The notes: generated by a model not told the origin, from the sequence alone. DNA of 32,000 nucleotides from Kiritimatiella glycovorans (GCF_001017655.1 NZ_CP010904.1:1110001-1142000); one strand, 5' to 3'. Shown: positions 8,183-17,324, counted from the stretch's first letter. Numbers and translations: made by a program.

Positions 8183-9715
8183 ATGACAGGCTGCGGACGA
8201 CGGGAGTTCATGGGGCGCGCGGGGCTGGGATTGACGGCGCTGGCCGGAGCCACGCGGGGGGCGGCGGCGCGGACCGCCTCGCGGCCCAACGTGGTGATTA
8301 TCACCACGGACGACATGGGGGCGCACGTAGGGGCTTACGGCGATCCTCAGGCGCGCACCCCGTGCCTCGACGCCATGGCCCGCGAGGGCATGCTCTTCCG
8401 CAAGGCCTTTGCCCCGCAGTCCTCCTGCAGCCCGTGCCGCAGTGCCATCCTCACCGGACTCTACCCGCACCAGAGCGGACAGATCGGATTGAGCCAGTTC
8501 GGCTACACGATGGATCCGGGTCTCCCGACGATTTTCACGGAACTCAAGGCCGCCGGCTATCGAACCGGGTGGTTCGGGAAGGTTCATGTCGAGCCGGGCG
8601 ATGAGATGGCCGCCTCGTGGGACGTACACCCTTTCGGTGCGCCGTTTACGAGTAAGGTCGAGAAAATGGGCGGATGGGCCGAGGGCTTCATGCGCGAATG
8701 CGGGGACCAGCCGTTCCTGCTCTACTACAACCTCGTCGATCCCCATGCGCCGTACCGGGATCAGATCGAAGGCGTGCCCGCCGAGCCGCGCGGGCCGGAT
8801 GAATTCACCCCGTGGCCGTATATCGGGATTGAGGGTTGTGCACGACCGGATCAGCAGGTCGCCTCGTATTACAACTGCGTCGAGCGCGCCGACCGCGGAG
8901 TAGGCTATCTGATGGAGGCCCTCAAGGCGACGGGACACGACGAGGATACGCTCGTGATCTTCGTCAGTGACGGCGGACCGGGGTTCCCGCGCGCCAAGAC
9001 GCACAACTATCGCGCCGGGACGCAAATGCCTTTCATCGTTCGCTGGCCCGGCCGGGTTTCCCCGGGGGTTCAGCGCGACGAGCTGGTCTCCGCCATCGAC
9101 ATCGCCCCGACCGTGTACGAGGTCTCCGGCCTCCGGGCGCCGCGGACGCTTCCCGGCCGTTCGCTCGGACCGATCTTCCGCGGCGGGAATCCCCGCTGGC
9201 GGAAGTACGTTTTCACCGAACACACCGCGCACTGTCCGCATCAGTATTTTCCGCGGCGCGCCGTCTGTGACGGGCGCTTCCTGTTGATCTGGAACCTGCT
9301 CGGCGGTGAACGCGAAAACCCGTATCCGCAGGGCGACCGGACGACGAAAATCATCATGGACCTTATTCTGGAAAAACAGCCCGGATCCGACCTCGCCGAA
9401 GCCGTCCGGCGCACCGTGAACCCGCCGGCGTTCGAGATGTTCGACCTGGCGGAAGACCCCGGCGAGCTTTACAACGTCGCGGAGGATCCGAAATACGCGG
9501 GCAAACGCCTCGAGCTGGAACGGGTGCTGCGCGAGTGGATGAAGAATACGGACGATCCGCTGATCGATCCCGCCAAGCTGAAAATGATGACCGACTGGCA
9601 CGACGAGCTGCTCACGCACGAGGAGCCGAAAGATGAGCGCGGCCGTCCGCCGTATCTGCAGGTCGATTATGTGCGCCCCCGTTACAAGGCCTTGAAAAAG
9701 AAGCTCTCAGGATAG
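8183..9715 (+). CDS. Tat-exported formylglycine-dependent sulfatase (S1 family, N-sulfoglucosamine sulfohydrolase-like)
   Basis: ATG 8183 is preceded by AGGAGGG. There is a twin-arginine signal, MTGCGRREFMGRAGLGLTALAGATRGAAA. The sulfatase signature CSPCRSAILTGLYPHQSG (C-x-P-x-R) and an N-terminal NVVIITTDD metal-binding segment are present. Confidence 0.9.
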   Translation: MTGCGRREFMGRAGLGLTALAGATRGAAARTASRPNVVIITTDDMGAHVGAYGDPQARTPCLDAMAREGMLFRKAFAPQSSCSPCRSAILTGLYPHQSGQIGLSQFGYTMDPGLPTIFTELKAAGYRTGWFGKVHVEPGDEMAASWDVHPFGAPFTSKVEKMGGWAEGFMRECGDQPFLLYYNLVDPHAPYRDQIEGVPAEPRGPDEFTPWPYIGIEGCARPDQQVASYYNCVERADRGVGYLMEALKATGHDEDTLVIFVSDGGPGFPRAKTHNYRAGTQMPFIVRWPGRVSPGVQRDELVSAIDIAPTVYEVSGLRAPRTLPGRSLGPIFRGGNPRWRKYVFTEHTAHCPHQYFPRRAVCDGRFLLIWNLLGGERENPYPQGDRTTKIIMDLILEKQPGSDLAEAVRRTVNPPAFEMFDLAEDPGELYNVAEDPKYAGKRLELERVLREWMKNTDDPLIDPAKLKMMTDWHDELLTHEEPKDERGRPPYLQVDYVRPRYKALKKKLSG

Positions 9716-9724
9716 AGATACCGC

Positions 9725-11155
9725 ATGACGAAAAAACATCCGGTCCATAAGCCCGATCCGGGCGACAGGGTTCCGCTTCTGACCCGCGCGGGGTGGGGGG
9801 TCGGCGGGTTCGCCGACAACTGCATCATGAACGTCCTCAATATTCTGGGGCTCGTGCTGTACGTCGACTTCTTCCGCGTCAATCCGGTCCTCGCCGGTAT
9901 CGCCATGTTCTTCCCGCGCCTGTTCGACGCGTTGACGGATCCGATTGTCGGAAACCTTTCCGACAACACGCGCTCCCGCTGGGGCCGGCGACGGCCCTAC
10001 ATCCTGCTGGGCGCGATTACCTCGGCGATCGTCATGCCGCTGCTGTGGATGCCGCCGTTCGTGGGCACCTCCGGCAATCCGTGGTATCTGAACGGCCCCT
10101 TTCTCTGGCTCTGTTTCATGGGCTCGCTCTACGCGATCGCCTACACGCTCTTCGTCGTGCCGTACACCGCGCTGGGCTATGAGCTGACCAACGACTACGA
10201 CGAACGGACGCGCGTGCTGTCGTCGCGGTTCTACGCCTACCTGTTCGCCAGTATGCTGATGCCGTGGCTCTACCGGCTTTGCAAGCTGGAGATCTTCACC
10301 GACGAAGTCGTGGGCGCGCGGTGGGTGAGCGCCGTGGTGGGTGTGCTCATTCTGATCGCCGGACTGATTCCTGTGCTCGTCACGCGGGAGCGCAAGGACG
10401 TCGAGAAGAAAGAGACGATCAACCTGATCCACGCCATCCGCTATACATTCTCCAACAAGCCGTTCGCCATCCTGCTGCTCGCGTTCCTGGTCGTCATGGT
10501 CGGTCTGTTTTCCGCCTGGAACCTCGGGCTGTTTATCAACATCTATTACGTGGCCCAGGGCGACAAGGTGCTCGCGGGCAAGATCAACGGGATTGTCGGT
10601 TCGTTCTGTGCCGTGGTCTCATTTGTGGGCGTCTACCTGATTTCCGCTATCTCCGTGCGCTTCAGTAAGAAGTCGGGGATGTTTGCCGGGCTCGCCCTCA
10701 CGCTGGCCGGCATGATCGGGGCCTGGTTCGCCATTAATCCGCGCTGGCCCTACGGGCAGCTCATCTCCAATCCCGTGATTGCCCTCGGATTGCAGGGGTG
10801 TTTTCTGATGATCCATTCCATGGTCGCCGACATCTGCGACGAAGACGAGTTGCGCACGGGACTGCGGCGCGAGGGCATGTTCGGGGCGGTGATGAGTTTT
10901 ACACAGAAATTCGCGCTCGCCTTTACGACGCTGATCGGCGGCGGCCTGCTCGCGCTTTCGGGCTTCGACGCCGAGGTTGCGAACACCACCGGGGTTCCGG
11001 AAGAGGTCGCCCTCCGGATGAAGAACATGGTCCTGGGATTCCAGGCCGCGGGATTGATCCTTTCCATGATCGTGTTCGCCTTTTATCCTATCAGTCGCGA
11101 ACGCGCCGAGGAGACCCGGCGCCAACTGCAGGAACGCCACGCGGAAAATGCATAG
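9725..11155 (+). CDS. Glycoside-pentoside-hexuronide (GPH):cation symporter, MFS superfamily (MelB/YicJ-like)
   Basis: Contains the GPH signature FPRLFDALTDPIVGNLSDNTRSRWGRRRPYILLGAI and about 12 hydrophobic segments. It starts 9 nt after the sulfatase stop codon. Confidence 0.9.
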   Translation: MTKKHPVHKPDPGDRVPLLTRAGWGVGGFADNCIMNVLNILGLVLYVDFFRVNPVLAGIAMFFPRLFDALTDPIVGNLSDNTRSRWGRRRPYILLGAITSAIVMPLLWMPPFVGTSGNPWYLNGPFLWLCFMGSLYAIAYTLFVVPYTALGYELTNDYDERTRVLSSRFYAYLFASMLMPWLYRLCKLEIFTDEVVGARWVSAVVGVLILIAGLIPVLVTRERKDVEKKETINLIHAIRYTFSNKPFAILLLAFLVVMVGLFSAWNLGLFINIYYVAQGDKVLAGKINGIVGSFCAVVSFVGVYLISAISVRFSKKSGMFAGLALTLAGMIGAWFAINPRWPYGQLISNPVIALGLQGCFLMIHSMVADICDEDELRTGLRREGMFGAVMSFTQKFALAFTTLIGGGLLALSGFDAEVANTTGVPEEVALRMKNMVLGFQAAGLILSMIVFAFYPISRERAEETRRQLQERHAENA

Positions 11156-11222
11156 GGCAGGGACGGCTCTCCGAGCCGTCCGAAAATGTGAGAGGGCAGG
11201 GACGGATCTCCGAGCCGTCCGC
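11154..11222. repeat. Two direct copies of a long-stem hairpin of the same family
   Basis: gggcagGGACGGCTC-TCC-GAGCCGTCCg (11161-11181, perfect 9-bp stem) is followed 39 nt downstream by gggcagGGACGGATC-TCC-GAGCCGTCCg (one mismatch). The pair fills the gap between the transporter gene and the next gene. Confidence 0.85.
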
Positions 11223-11235
11223 GGGAGGACGAAGA

Positions 11236-12432
11236 ATGAAGAGAAACGAAATAAGAAGACTTCCATACATCGCCGCGGCGGTCCTGTTGGCCGCCACGCT
11301 TCCGGCGTGGGCGATGAAGGATGTGAACGTGGCCCAGTACGGGGCGCGCGGAAACGAACACCGCGACGATACGGCCGCCATTCAGAAGGCGCTCGACGAG
11401 GTGATGGCCGCCGGCGGCGGGCGCGTATTCTTCCCGCAGGGCGATTACATCATCACCGCTCCGCTGAAGGTCAAGGCGCCGAACTCCGTGACGAAATCGA
11501 CCGAGATTCGCCTGGCGCTGGAGGGGCACGGCGCGGGCCTGTCCCGGTTGATGTTGAAAGACGGCGATGGTCTGATCCACATCCAGACGCCGCGCAACGG
11601 GATGAACGTGACGGTTCGCGATCTCAGTCTCATGGCCGGAAACCCCGATGCAGGGACGGCGCTGAGCATCGTCAATCCCGCGCTCGGCGTGCGCGTCGAG
11701 CGCAGCGCGCTGATTGAGCGGGTGACGATCGAGGGCATCTACCGCGATAGCTATTTCACGAAGGGGATTGTGCTCGACGGGCAGTGGCGTGCGCTCGTGC
11801 GCAATGTGACGGTCAAGGGGGCTCAGACGGAGTCCATGGACGATGAGTCGGCGATGTTCGCGATGAAGACCGGGATCGAGCAGAACGGGTTTTACGGCGG
11901 GCGCTACGTCGACTGTTTCGTCAGCCATGCCGACACAGCCTACAGCTGGGTGGCCGAACAGAACGGAGAGGGGTTCGTCATCATCGGGTCCGTCGCCGAC
12001 TGCTGCCGTGTGGGGGCCATTATTTCCACCCCGGAACAGGAGCCCGGCGGCGCGCTGTACAATTCGCGTATACGGGCCCGTGACAGCGGACTGATCATCG
12101 ATCACAAGCGGCTGCTGGCCGTTGTCGGCAACACCTTCGAGCCGTTGAGCGAGCACGGCGGCTATCCGTACGCGGATGTGCGGATGTCCAATTGCTGGGC
12201 GATCCAGATCAACGGCAACCGGTTTATCGGTCCGGCGAAAAACCGGGCCCATGTCGTGGTAGAGGGCCGGGGCGAATCGAAGCGGTACGTGATCATGCCG
12301 TTCAGCCGGTATATTCAAATCAATGACAACGAGTTCGTGCTGCCGCCTGAGAAGGCCGTGGCGTACGAAGGCGAAGAGATCTTTGCCGTCTACACCGACA
12401 ACAACCGCGTACAGGGTGGAGGGAAGAAATGA
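11236..12432 (+). CDS. Secreted right-handed beta-helix protein (pectate-lyase superfamily / GH28-related)
   Basis: ATG 11236 is preceded by GGGAGGA, and the signal peptide is MKRNEIRRLPYIAAAVLLAATLPAWA. It carries the motif VAQYGARGNEHRDDTAAIQKALDEVMAAGGGRVFFPQGDYII. The track start at 10798 lies inside the transporter gene and is rejected. Confidence 0.78.
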   Translation: MKRNEIRRLPYIAAAVLLAATLPAWAMKDVNVAQYGARGNEHRDDTAAIQKALDEVMAAGGGRVFFPQGDYIITAPLKVKAPNSVTKSTEIRLALEGHGAGLSRLMLKDGDGLIHIQTPRNGMNVTVRDLSLMAGNPDAGTALSIVNPALGVRVERSALIERVTIEGIYRDSYFTKGIVLDGQWRALVRNVTVKGAQTESMDDESAMFAMKTGIEQNGFYGGRYVDCFVSHADTAYSWVAEQNGEGFVIIGSVADCCRVGAIISTPEQEPGGALYNSRIRARDSGLIIDHKRLLAVVGNTFEPLSEHGGYPYADVRMSNCWAIQINGNRFIGPAKNRAHVVVEGRGESKRYVIMPFSRYIQINDNEFVLPPEKAVAYEGEEIFAVYTDNNRVQGGGKK

Positions 12433-14174
12433 AGCATGGCATGATCATTCTTATGCTGTCGGGCCTGGCGGTCTGGAGCCCGGCGATCCGCGCGTCGGCC
12501 GCGACTACGGTGTCTCTCACGGACGCCCCGTTTTCCGCGGTGGCGGACGACGGGAAGGACGATGCGCCGGCGCTGCAGAAGGCGCTCGAACGCCTGATCG
12601 CGGAGGGCGGGGGCGTCCTGCACATCCCCTCCGGGCAGTACGACTTTGATTCGCGGGTGAGCGTGCACGGTTCCTTCTCCCGCTTGACGATCCGGGGCAT
12701 GGGCGCGAGCATCACGCGGCTCCACAGCCGTAACGGCGAAGGCGTGTTGAAGATCGAGGCCGGGAACGGCGATGCCGAGATCGGCATCATGGATCTCGAC
12801 ATCGTCCCGACGCGAGCGGACGCGGGTACGGCTCTGGAGCTGACCAAGCCGTTTACCGAACCGGACGAGGTCCCGTATAACCTGCTGCTGACGAATATCG
12901 AGTTCCGGCCGAACAACAACGAGACGGATTACTTTACCCGCGTGATCGTGGCCGGCGGATGGAAGCCGCTGATCGACAATATCAATTCCTCGGGGCTTTA
13001 CGGGCCGAAGTTCAACACCTTCGAGGGGAAGCGTAAGAAGTATCGGGCGGAATCGATTCTGACGCTCAAGCCGTCCTACAAGCCGCGGGTGCGTTATTGC
13101 AATCTCTGGGCGGCGACGCACGGGATCGTGATCGAACTGACCGATGCGCACGAGGAGCCGACACTCGACGGCGCGGTTTCGGTCGAGAACGCGCACGGCA
13201 TCCGCATCACCAAGACCGGCGACCGGCCTCTTTCCAGCCCCGTGGTCATCGTCGGATGCCACTGGAACAACGCCTTCAGCGGACTCGTGATGGAACACGT
13301 CGATAGGTTTCGGCTCGTGCAGAACTGTCTCTACGGGGCGTGGGACGTCGAACCCGACTACCGGGATATCCGCCTGGTCGACTGCGCCGACGGGGAGCTT
13401 ATGGCCAATTCGTTCTGGTTCGGCGTACGCCAGCGTCCGCTGATCTACATCGAGGACGACTGCCGGGACATCCTCATCCGGGATTCCTATTTCGGTCGCG
13501 GTTGTTCACGGACGCCGGTCGTCATCGAGGAGGGGGCACAGAACATCGAGGTCACGCGCAGCGTCTATGGGACGGTCTATGCGATGGATGAAGATGACAC
13601 CTTCGGTTTGTGGGAGATGGAGGACGTGGAGAACGGACGCGCCCTTGACAAGGACCTGCTCCAGCCGGGCCGGGACAACGATCTGAACCTGGCCGGCGCG
13701 GTTCCCGCGCCCGGAAGCGAGAAGCTGAAACTGGGAGGGGCGCTGCATTTCCCCGACTCAACGAGCCGCGCGAAAAGCACGCTCGCCTGGGACGGCGCCA
13801 ACGGCGTGCGGATTCATGCCCATGTGCGGATCGACCGGAGGGCGGAGCGCCAGGCGCTGCTCACGGTGCCCGGCGTGTTCGCGCTCGAACTCCATTTCGA
13901 CCGGCTCTGCTTGATCTTTAAAGACGGCCGGGGGGACCGGCAGGTGCTCCAGGTCCGGGACGTGGCCCCGGGGAGGCGCTGGATACCCGTCTTTGCCGAA
14001 GTCGATCCGGAGACCGGGCGCGCCGTGCTCGAAGCGGGCGGACTCGGCGGCGACCGAAGGTTTGCCGATACGCTGCGCCTCTTGAGGCGGCAGGCGCCGC
14101 TCATTATGGGTGCCACAGAGGAGTGCGGCGGATTTTCAGGTGCGCTCGACCAGGTCTGGATCCAGAGGAGATAG
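12429..14174 (+). CDS. Secreted beta-helix protein with C-terminal LamG/concanavalin-like domain
   Basis: Its ATG overlaps the previous stop codon (ATGA at 12429-12432). The signal peptide is MKHGMIILMLSGLAVWSPAIRASA. It carries the motif PFSAVADDGKDDAPALQKALERLIAEGGGVLHIPSGQYDF. The C-terminal roughly 150 aa (LKLGGALHFPD...GFSGALDQVWI) look like a LamG-type lectin fold. Confidence 0.72.
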   Translation: MKHGMIILMLSGLAVWSPAIRASAATTVSLTDAPFSAVADDGKDDAPALQKALERLIAEGGGVLHIPSGQYDFDSRVSVHGSFSRLTIRGMGASITRLHSRNGEGVLKIEAGNGDAEIGIMDLDIVPTRADAGTALELTKPFTEPDEVPYNLLLTNIEFRPNNNETDYFTRVIVAGGWKPLIDNINSSGLYGPKFNTFEGKRKKYRAESILTLKPSYKPRVRYCNLWAATHGIVIELTDAHEEPTLDGAVSVENAHGIRITKTGDRPLSSPVVIVGCHWNNAFSGLVMEHVDRFRLVQNCLYGAWDVEPDYRDIRLVDCADGELMANSFWFGVRQRPLIYIEDDCRDILIRDSYFGRGCSRTPVVIEEGAQNIEVTRSVYGTVYAMDEDDTFGLWEMEDVENGRALDKDLLQPGRDNDLNLAGAVPAPGSEKLKLGGALHFPDSTSRAKSTLAWDGANGVRIHAHVRIDRRAERQALLTVPGVFALELHFDRLCLIFKDGRGDRQVLQVRDVAPGRRWIPVFAEVDPETGRAVLEAGGLGGDRRFADTLRLLRRQAPLIMGATEECGGFSGALDQVWIQRR

Positions 14175-14204
14175 GCCGCAATGCATACACGGATACGAAT
14201 CACA

Positions 14205-14472
14205 GGGCCGGCTTCCACGCCGACCGCAAAAGGGACGGGGTGAAACCCGTCCCTCCAGGGAAAATGCGGATGGCGATATGGAGGGTCGGCTTCCACGCCG
14301 ACCGCAAAAGGGACGGGGTGGAACCCGTCCCTCCAGGGAAAATGCGGATGGCGATATGGAGGGCCGGCTTCCACGCCGACCGCAAAAGGGACGGGGTGAA
14401 ACCTGTCTCTCCAGGGAAAATGCGGATGGCGATATGGAGGGTCGGCTTCCACGCCGACCGCAAAAGAGGACG
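14205..14472. repeat. Tandem array C: 78-bp unit (about 3.4 copies) related to the 140-bp family
   Basis: ggcttccacgccgacc recurs at 14210, 14288, 14366 and 14444, a period of 78. The unit contains GGTCGGC-TTCCAC-GCCGACC, a 7-nt spacer, then GGGACGGG-GTG(G/A)AA-CCCGTCCC. The last copy is degenerate. Confidence 0.95.
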
Positions 14473-14485
14473 GAGAGAACGGTAA

Positions 14486-16540
14486 ATGAACGTACGAGGG
14501 ATTATAGGGTGGGTCGCGGGGGCGCTGGCGCTTCCGGCGATGGTGTCCTGTGTTCATCAGGAGACTATGGATTTGCCAATGTATACTTTACTCAAGACAG
14601 GCGAGGTCAGGCCTGCGGGATGGATCGCCGAACAGATGCGCATGGATCTCCACGAGGGCATGGTCGGCGACTACAGCAACATATCCGAGAACGTAACTCA
14701 GAACTTGTTTGCGAAGCAGGACCGGAAACCGGGCGTGCGGGTCAAGGGAAACCGCGGCCACATGGAGAAGGCATGGTGGGCCGGCGAGCATGAGGGCTAC
14801 TGGATGGACGCGATGACGCGCATGTCGATCCTCACACAGGACGAGACCTTCCTGCCCCGCGTCGAAGCATGGGTCGAGCGAATTATCGACCGCGCGGAAC
14901 AGACCGGCTATATCGGTGTGTATTCACCGGAAGCGCGGTTTCCGGACCGGGGTTATGACGGCGAGCTGTGGACACAGAGCCGCGTTTTTCAGGCCCTGCT
15001 GGCCTGGTACGAGTACACGGGGGATAAACGGGTGCTTGAGGCGGTCGAGTCGACGGTACGCAAGACGGTCGATCACTACCGCGAATACGGGACGTACTTC
15101 GGACGGCCCGACCCCGATGGCGGCGTCACACATGCGGTCGGCTACATGGACACGCTCGAGTGGCTCTACCGCCTGACCGGCGAGAGCTGGTATGCCGAAG
15201 CGGCGGCCTGGCTTTACGCCGATTACGCCCAGTCCGACGTGTTTTCGGACCTCAACCCGGAGGCGCTGCTCGATGTGGACCGGCCATGGGAATATCACGC
15301 CCCCCATGTGGCGGAGGGCCTGCACATGCCCGCTGTGGTTCATTGCTTTACGGGAAACCCCCATCTCGATCGGGCCGCCGCGAACGTGCTCGCGAAGCTG
15401 GATACCCATACGAATCCCGGCGGCAGCCTTGTGGCGGGTAAGCTGGAGAATATTGCAGCGACGCCGGGAGGAGGCGGGGAGGCCGGTGAGTATTGCGCCA
15501 TGACTGAATCCGTCCAGACCCTGAATCGTTACCTCATGTACGAAGGAGATCTGCACTGCGGGGACTGGAGTGAGAAATGCACGCTCAATGCGGCGCAGGG
15601 TGCACGCTTTCATCCCGCGAACCGCGCCGTCATCTATCTCGCCCGCGACAACCGGCTGAGGGCGGATGACCCCGAAAAACACGGCGGGCGAGAACTCTTT
15701 TCCGGAAGTCACAGCGCGGCGGCATGCTGCACGCTGAACGCCATGCGTATTCTGCCCTATTACGTTGAGGGCATGTGGCTGCGTTCAACAAAACGCCCGG
15801 AATTGATCGCGAACCTCTACGGACCCTGCACGGTGGATACGGAGGTCGACGGCGTTGCGGTCAGGATCGAGGAGCGCACCGGCTATCCGTTCAGCGACCG
15901 CATTACGTTTGTGTTGAAGCCGGAACGCGAGGTCGAGTTCTCCCTCGTGCTGCGCCGCCCCCCGAACTGCGGTGAAATCCGTATCGAGGCCGGAGAAGAC
16001 GCGCGCGTCGTGCGCAGCAGTCAGGATGTCTACGTCAGGAAACGCTGGAGCGCGGGCGACACGGTTGAGGTCGACTGGGATTTCCGGGTCGCCGGACGCC
16101 TGCAGCACGACGAAACCCAGGCGTACTATGAGTGGGGCCCGCTGGTTTTCGCGCTCCCGATCCCGGAGCGGCGGGAGGTGCTCGAGGAGATTACGACGAA
16201 CAGCGGCGATCCGTCCGGCTATTTCGAATATGCGATCCGTCCCGAATCGGACGAGGGCTGGCGCTACCGGATCGATAAGGAAGCCGAGTTCAAACGGGTT
16301 GAGCTTCCGGACGGCGACGCCGAGCGGCCCTGGGCGCATCCCCCGATCGGCCTGAAGGGAACCTTGCTCGACGCCGAGGGCGTACGGCGGGAGGTGACGC
16401 TCAAGCCGCTCGGAAGCACCATCCTCCGCCGCACGACCTTTCCGATCAGCGCTGAACTGGCGGATGCCGAGGCGCGGGACGAGGACGAAGATACGTACCA
16501 GGGCACCGGCGGCGAAGGGGATCCGATGCGCGATTTCTGA
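14486..16540 (+). CDS. GH127-like glycoside hydrolase (beta-L-arabinofuranosidase / DUF1680 family), lipoprotein
   Basis: Lipoprotein-like signal MNVRGIIGWVAGALALPAMVSC. An E-x-C motif (GEYCAM, about residues 335-337) and a Cys-Cys pair (AAACCTLN, about 414-415) are spaced as I recall for the Glu338/Cys340/Cys417/Cys418 zinc and nucleophile site of HypBA1. This is recalled from memory, not searched. Confidence 0.72.
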   Translation: MNVRGIIGWVAGALALPAMVSCVHQETMDLPMYTLLKTGEVRPAGWIAEQMRMDLHEGMVGDYSNISENVTQNLFAKQDRKPGVRVKGNRGHMEKAWWAGEHEGYWMDAMTRMSILTQDETFLPRVEAWVERIIDRAEQTGYIGVYSPEARFPDRGYDGELWTQSRVFQALLAWYEYTGDKRVLEAVESTVRKTVDHYREYGTYFGRPDPDGGVTHAVGYMDTLEWLYRLTGESWYAEAAAWLYADYAQSDVFSDLNPEALLDVDRPWEYHAPHVAEGLHMPAVVHCFTGNPHLDRAAANVLAKLDTHTNPGGSLVAGKLENIAATPGGGGEAGEYCAMTESVQTLNRYLMYEGDLHCGDWSEKCTLNAAQGARFHPANRAVIYLARDNRLRADDPEKHGGRELFSGSHSAAACCTLNAMRILPYYVEGMWLRSTKRPELIANLYGPCTVDTEVDGVAVRIEERTGYPFSDRITFVLKPEREVEFSLVLRRPPNCGEIRIEAGEDARVVRSSQDVYVRKRWSAGDTVEVDWDFRVAGRLQHDETQAYYEWGPLVFALPIPERREVLEEITTNSGDPSGYFEYAIRPESDEGWRYRIDKEAEFKRVELPDGDAERPWAHPPIGLKGTLLDAEGVRREVTLKPLGSTILRRTTFPISAELADAEARDEDEDTYQGTGGEGDPMRDF

Positions 16541-16552
16541 TCCCGATCCTGT

Positions 16553-17245
16553 TCAGCCTTTGCCTTCCGAGGCGCGGACCAGCGCGAAAAAGCGGTCCTC
16601 GTACTGCTTGAAGAGTCCGCGCTTTTCGAGCTTTTCCGCGAGGGCGGAAATCCGGGACGGATCGCGAGAGGCGGCGGCGAAGTCCTCCTCGATCTCCCTG
16701 CGCAAGCCCTCCGAACGGCTCTGCTGCCGCCGGCGGATGGCGTCGACATTGGCCGCGGCCGACTGTTGAACCAGTTCGACCATCAGCTTGAGCAGGCAGA
16801 CCTCCCAGGGGTGATCGACGCCGACGACGATCGCGCTGAGCGGATCGTTGCGGACCGCGTCCGCCTCACGCACCCGCTCGAGCACGTTTTCTTCGGCATC
16901 GGTCACGATCTGCTGCGTGATCTCCTCCTTGTGCACATGGAAGCCGTACTGGAGGATCATCAGATTCTGCGCATTCGAGCGGAGCCACTCCGCGTATTCA
17001 CGCGCGTCGGACCCGAACCCCTCCAGCGCCATGTCGGAGATCGCCTGCGGAGTGATGATCCCGGGCCGGTCGGCCTTGAGCATGCCTTCACGAAGCCGCA
17101 CTTTGTCGACCGCATCCATCAGCGGCGTGATCAGGTGATAATTGACCGTGGTGGTCCCGAACGTTTCGAGCTTGTTGTCGGGCGTCTTTTCCACGCGGGT
17201 GTTGTTCACCGCGTACCAGAAATCGAATGCTTCTTTATCGTCCAT
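16553..17245 (-). CDS. Hypothetical protein (acidic, helical; family not recognised)
   Basis: The first ATG is at 17245 (MDDKEAFDFWYAVNN...). The longer track ORF, extending to 17305, would approach the tRNA gene. The composition is coding-like. The gene is convergent with the GH127-like gene, with only a 12-nt gap. Confidence 0.6.
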   Translation of the reverse strand: MDDKEAFDFWYAVNNTRVEKTPDNKLETFGTTTVNYHLITPLMDAVDKVRLREGMLKADRPGIITPQAISDMALEGFGSDAREYAEWLRSNAQNLMILQYGFHVHKEEITQQIVTDAEENVLERVREADAVRNDPLSAIVVGVDHPWEVCLLKLMVELVQQSAAANVDAIRRRQQSRSEGLRREIEEDFAAASRDPSRISALAEKLEKRGLFKQYEDRFFALVRASEGKG

Positions 17246-17324
17246 AGATGCTGAGTCCGCGCCCTGCGGGCGCCGTAGGATCTTCCGGGGTCCTTGCAGC
17301 GGCATGTGTGTGCGAGGAGGTCGA

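Noticed and set aside
13814-14557. The 247-aa minus-strand ORF and other ORFs spanning the 78-bp array.
   Set aside because: They are repeat-derived (PYRHPHFPWRDGFHPVPFAVGVEA is repeated) and overlap the ends of two well-supported plus-strand genes.
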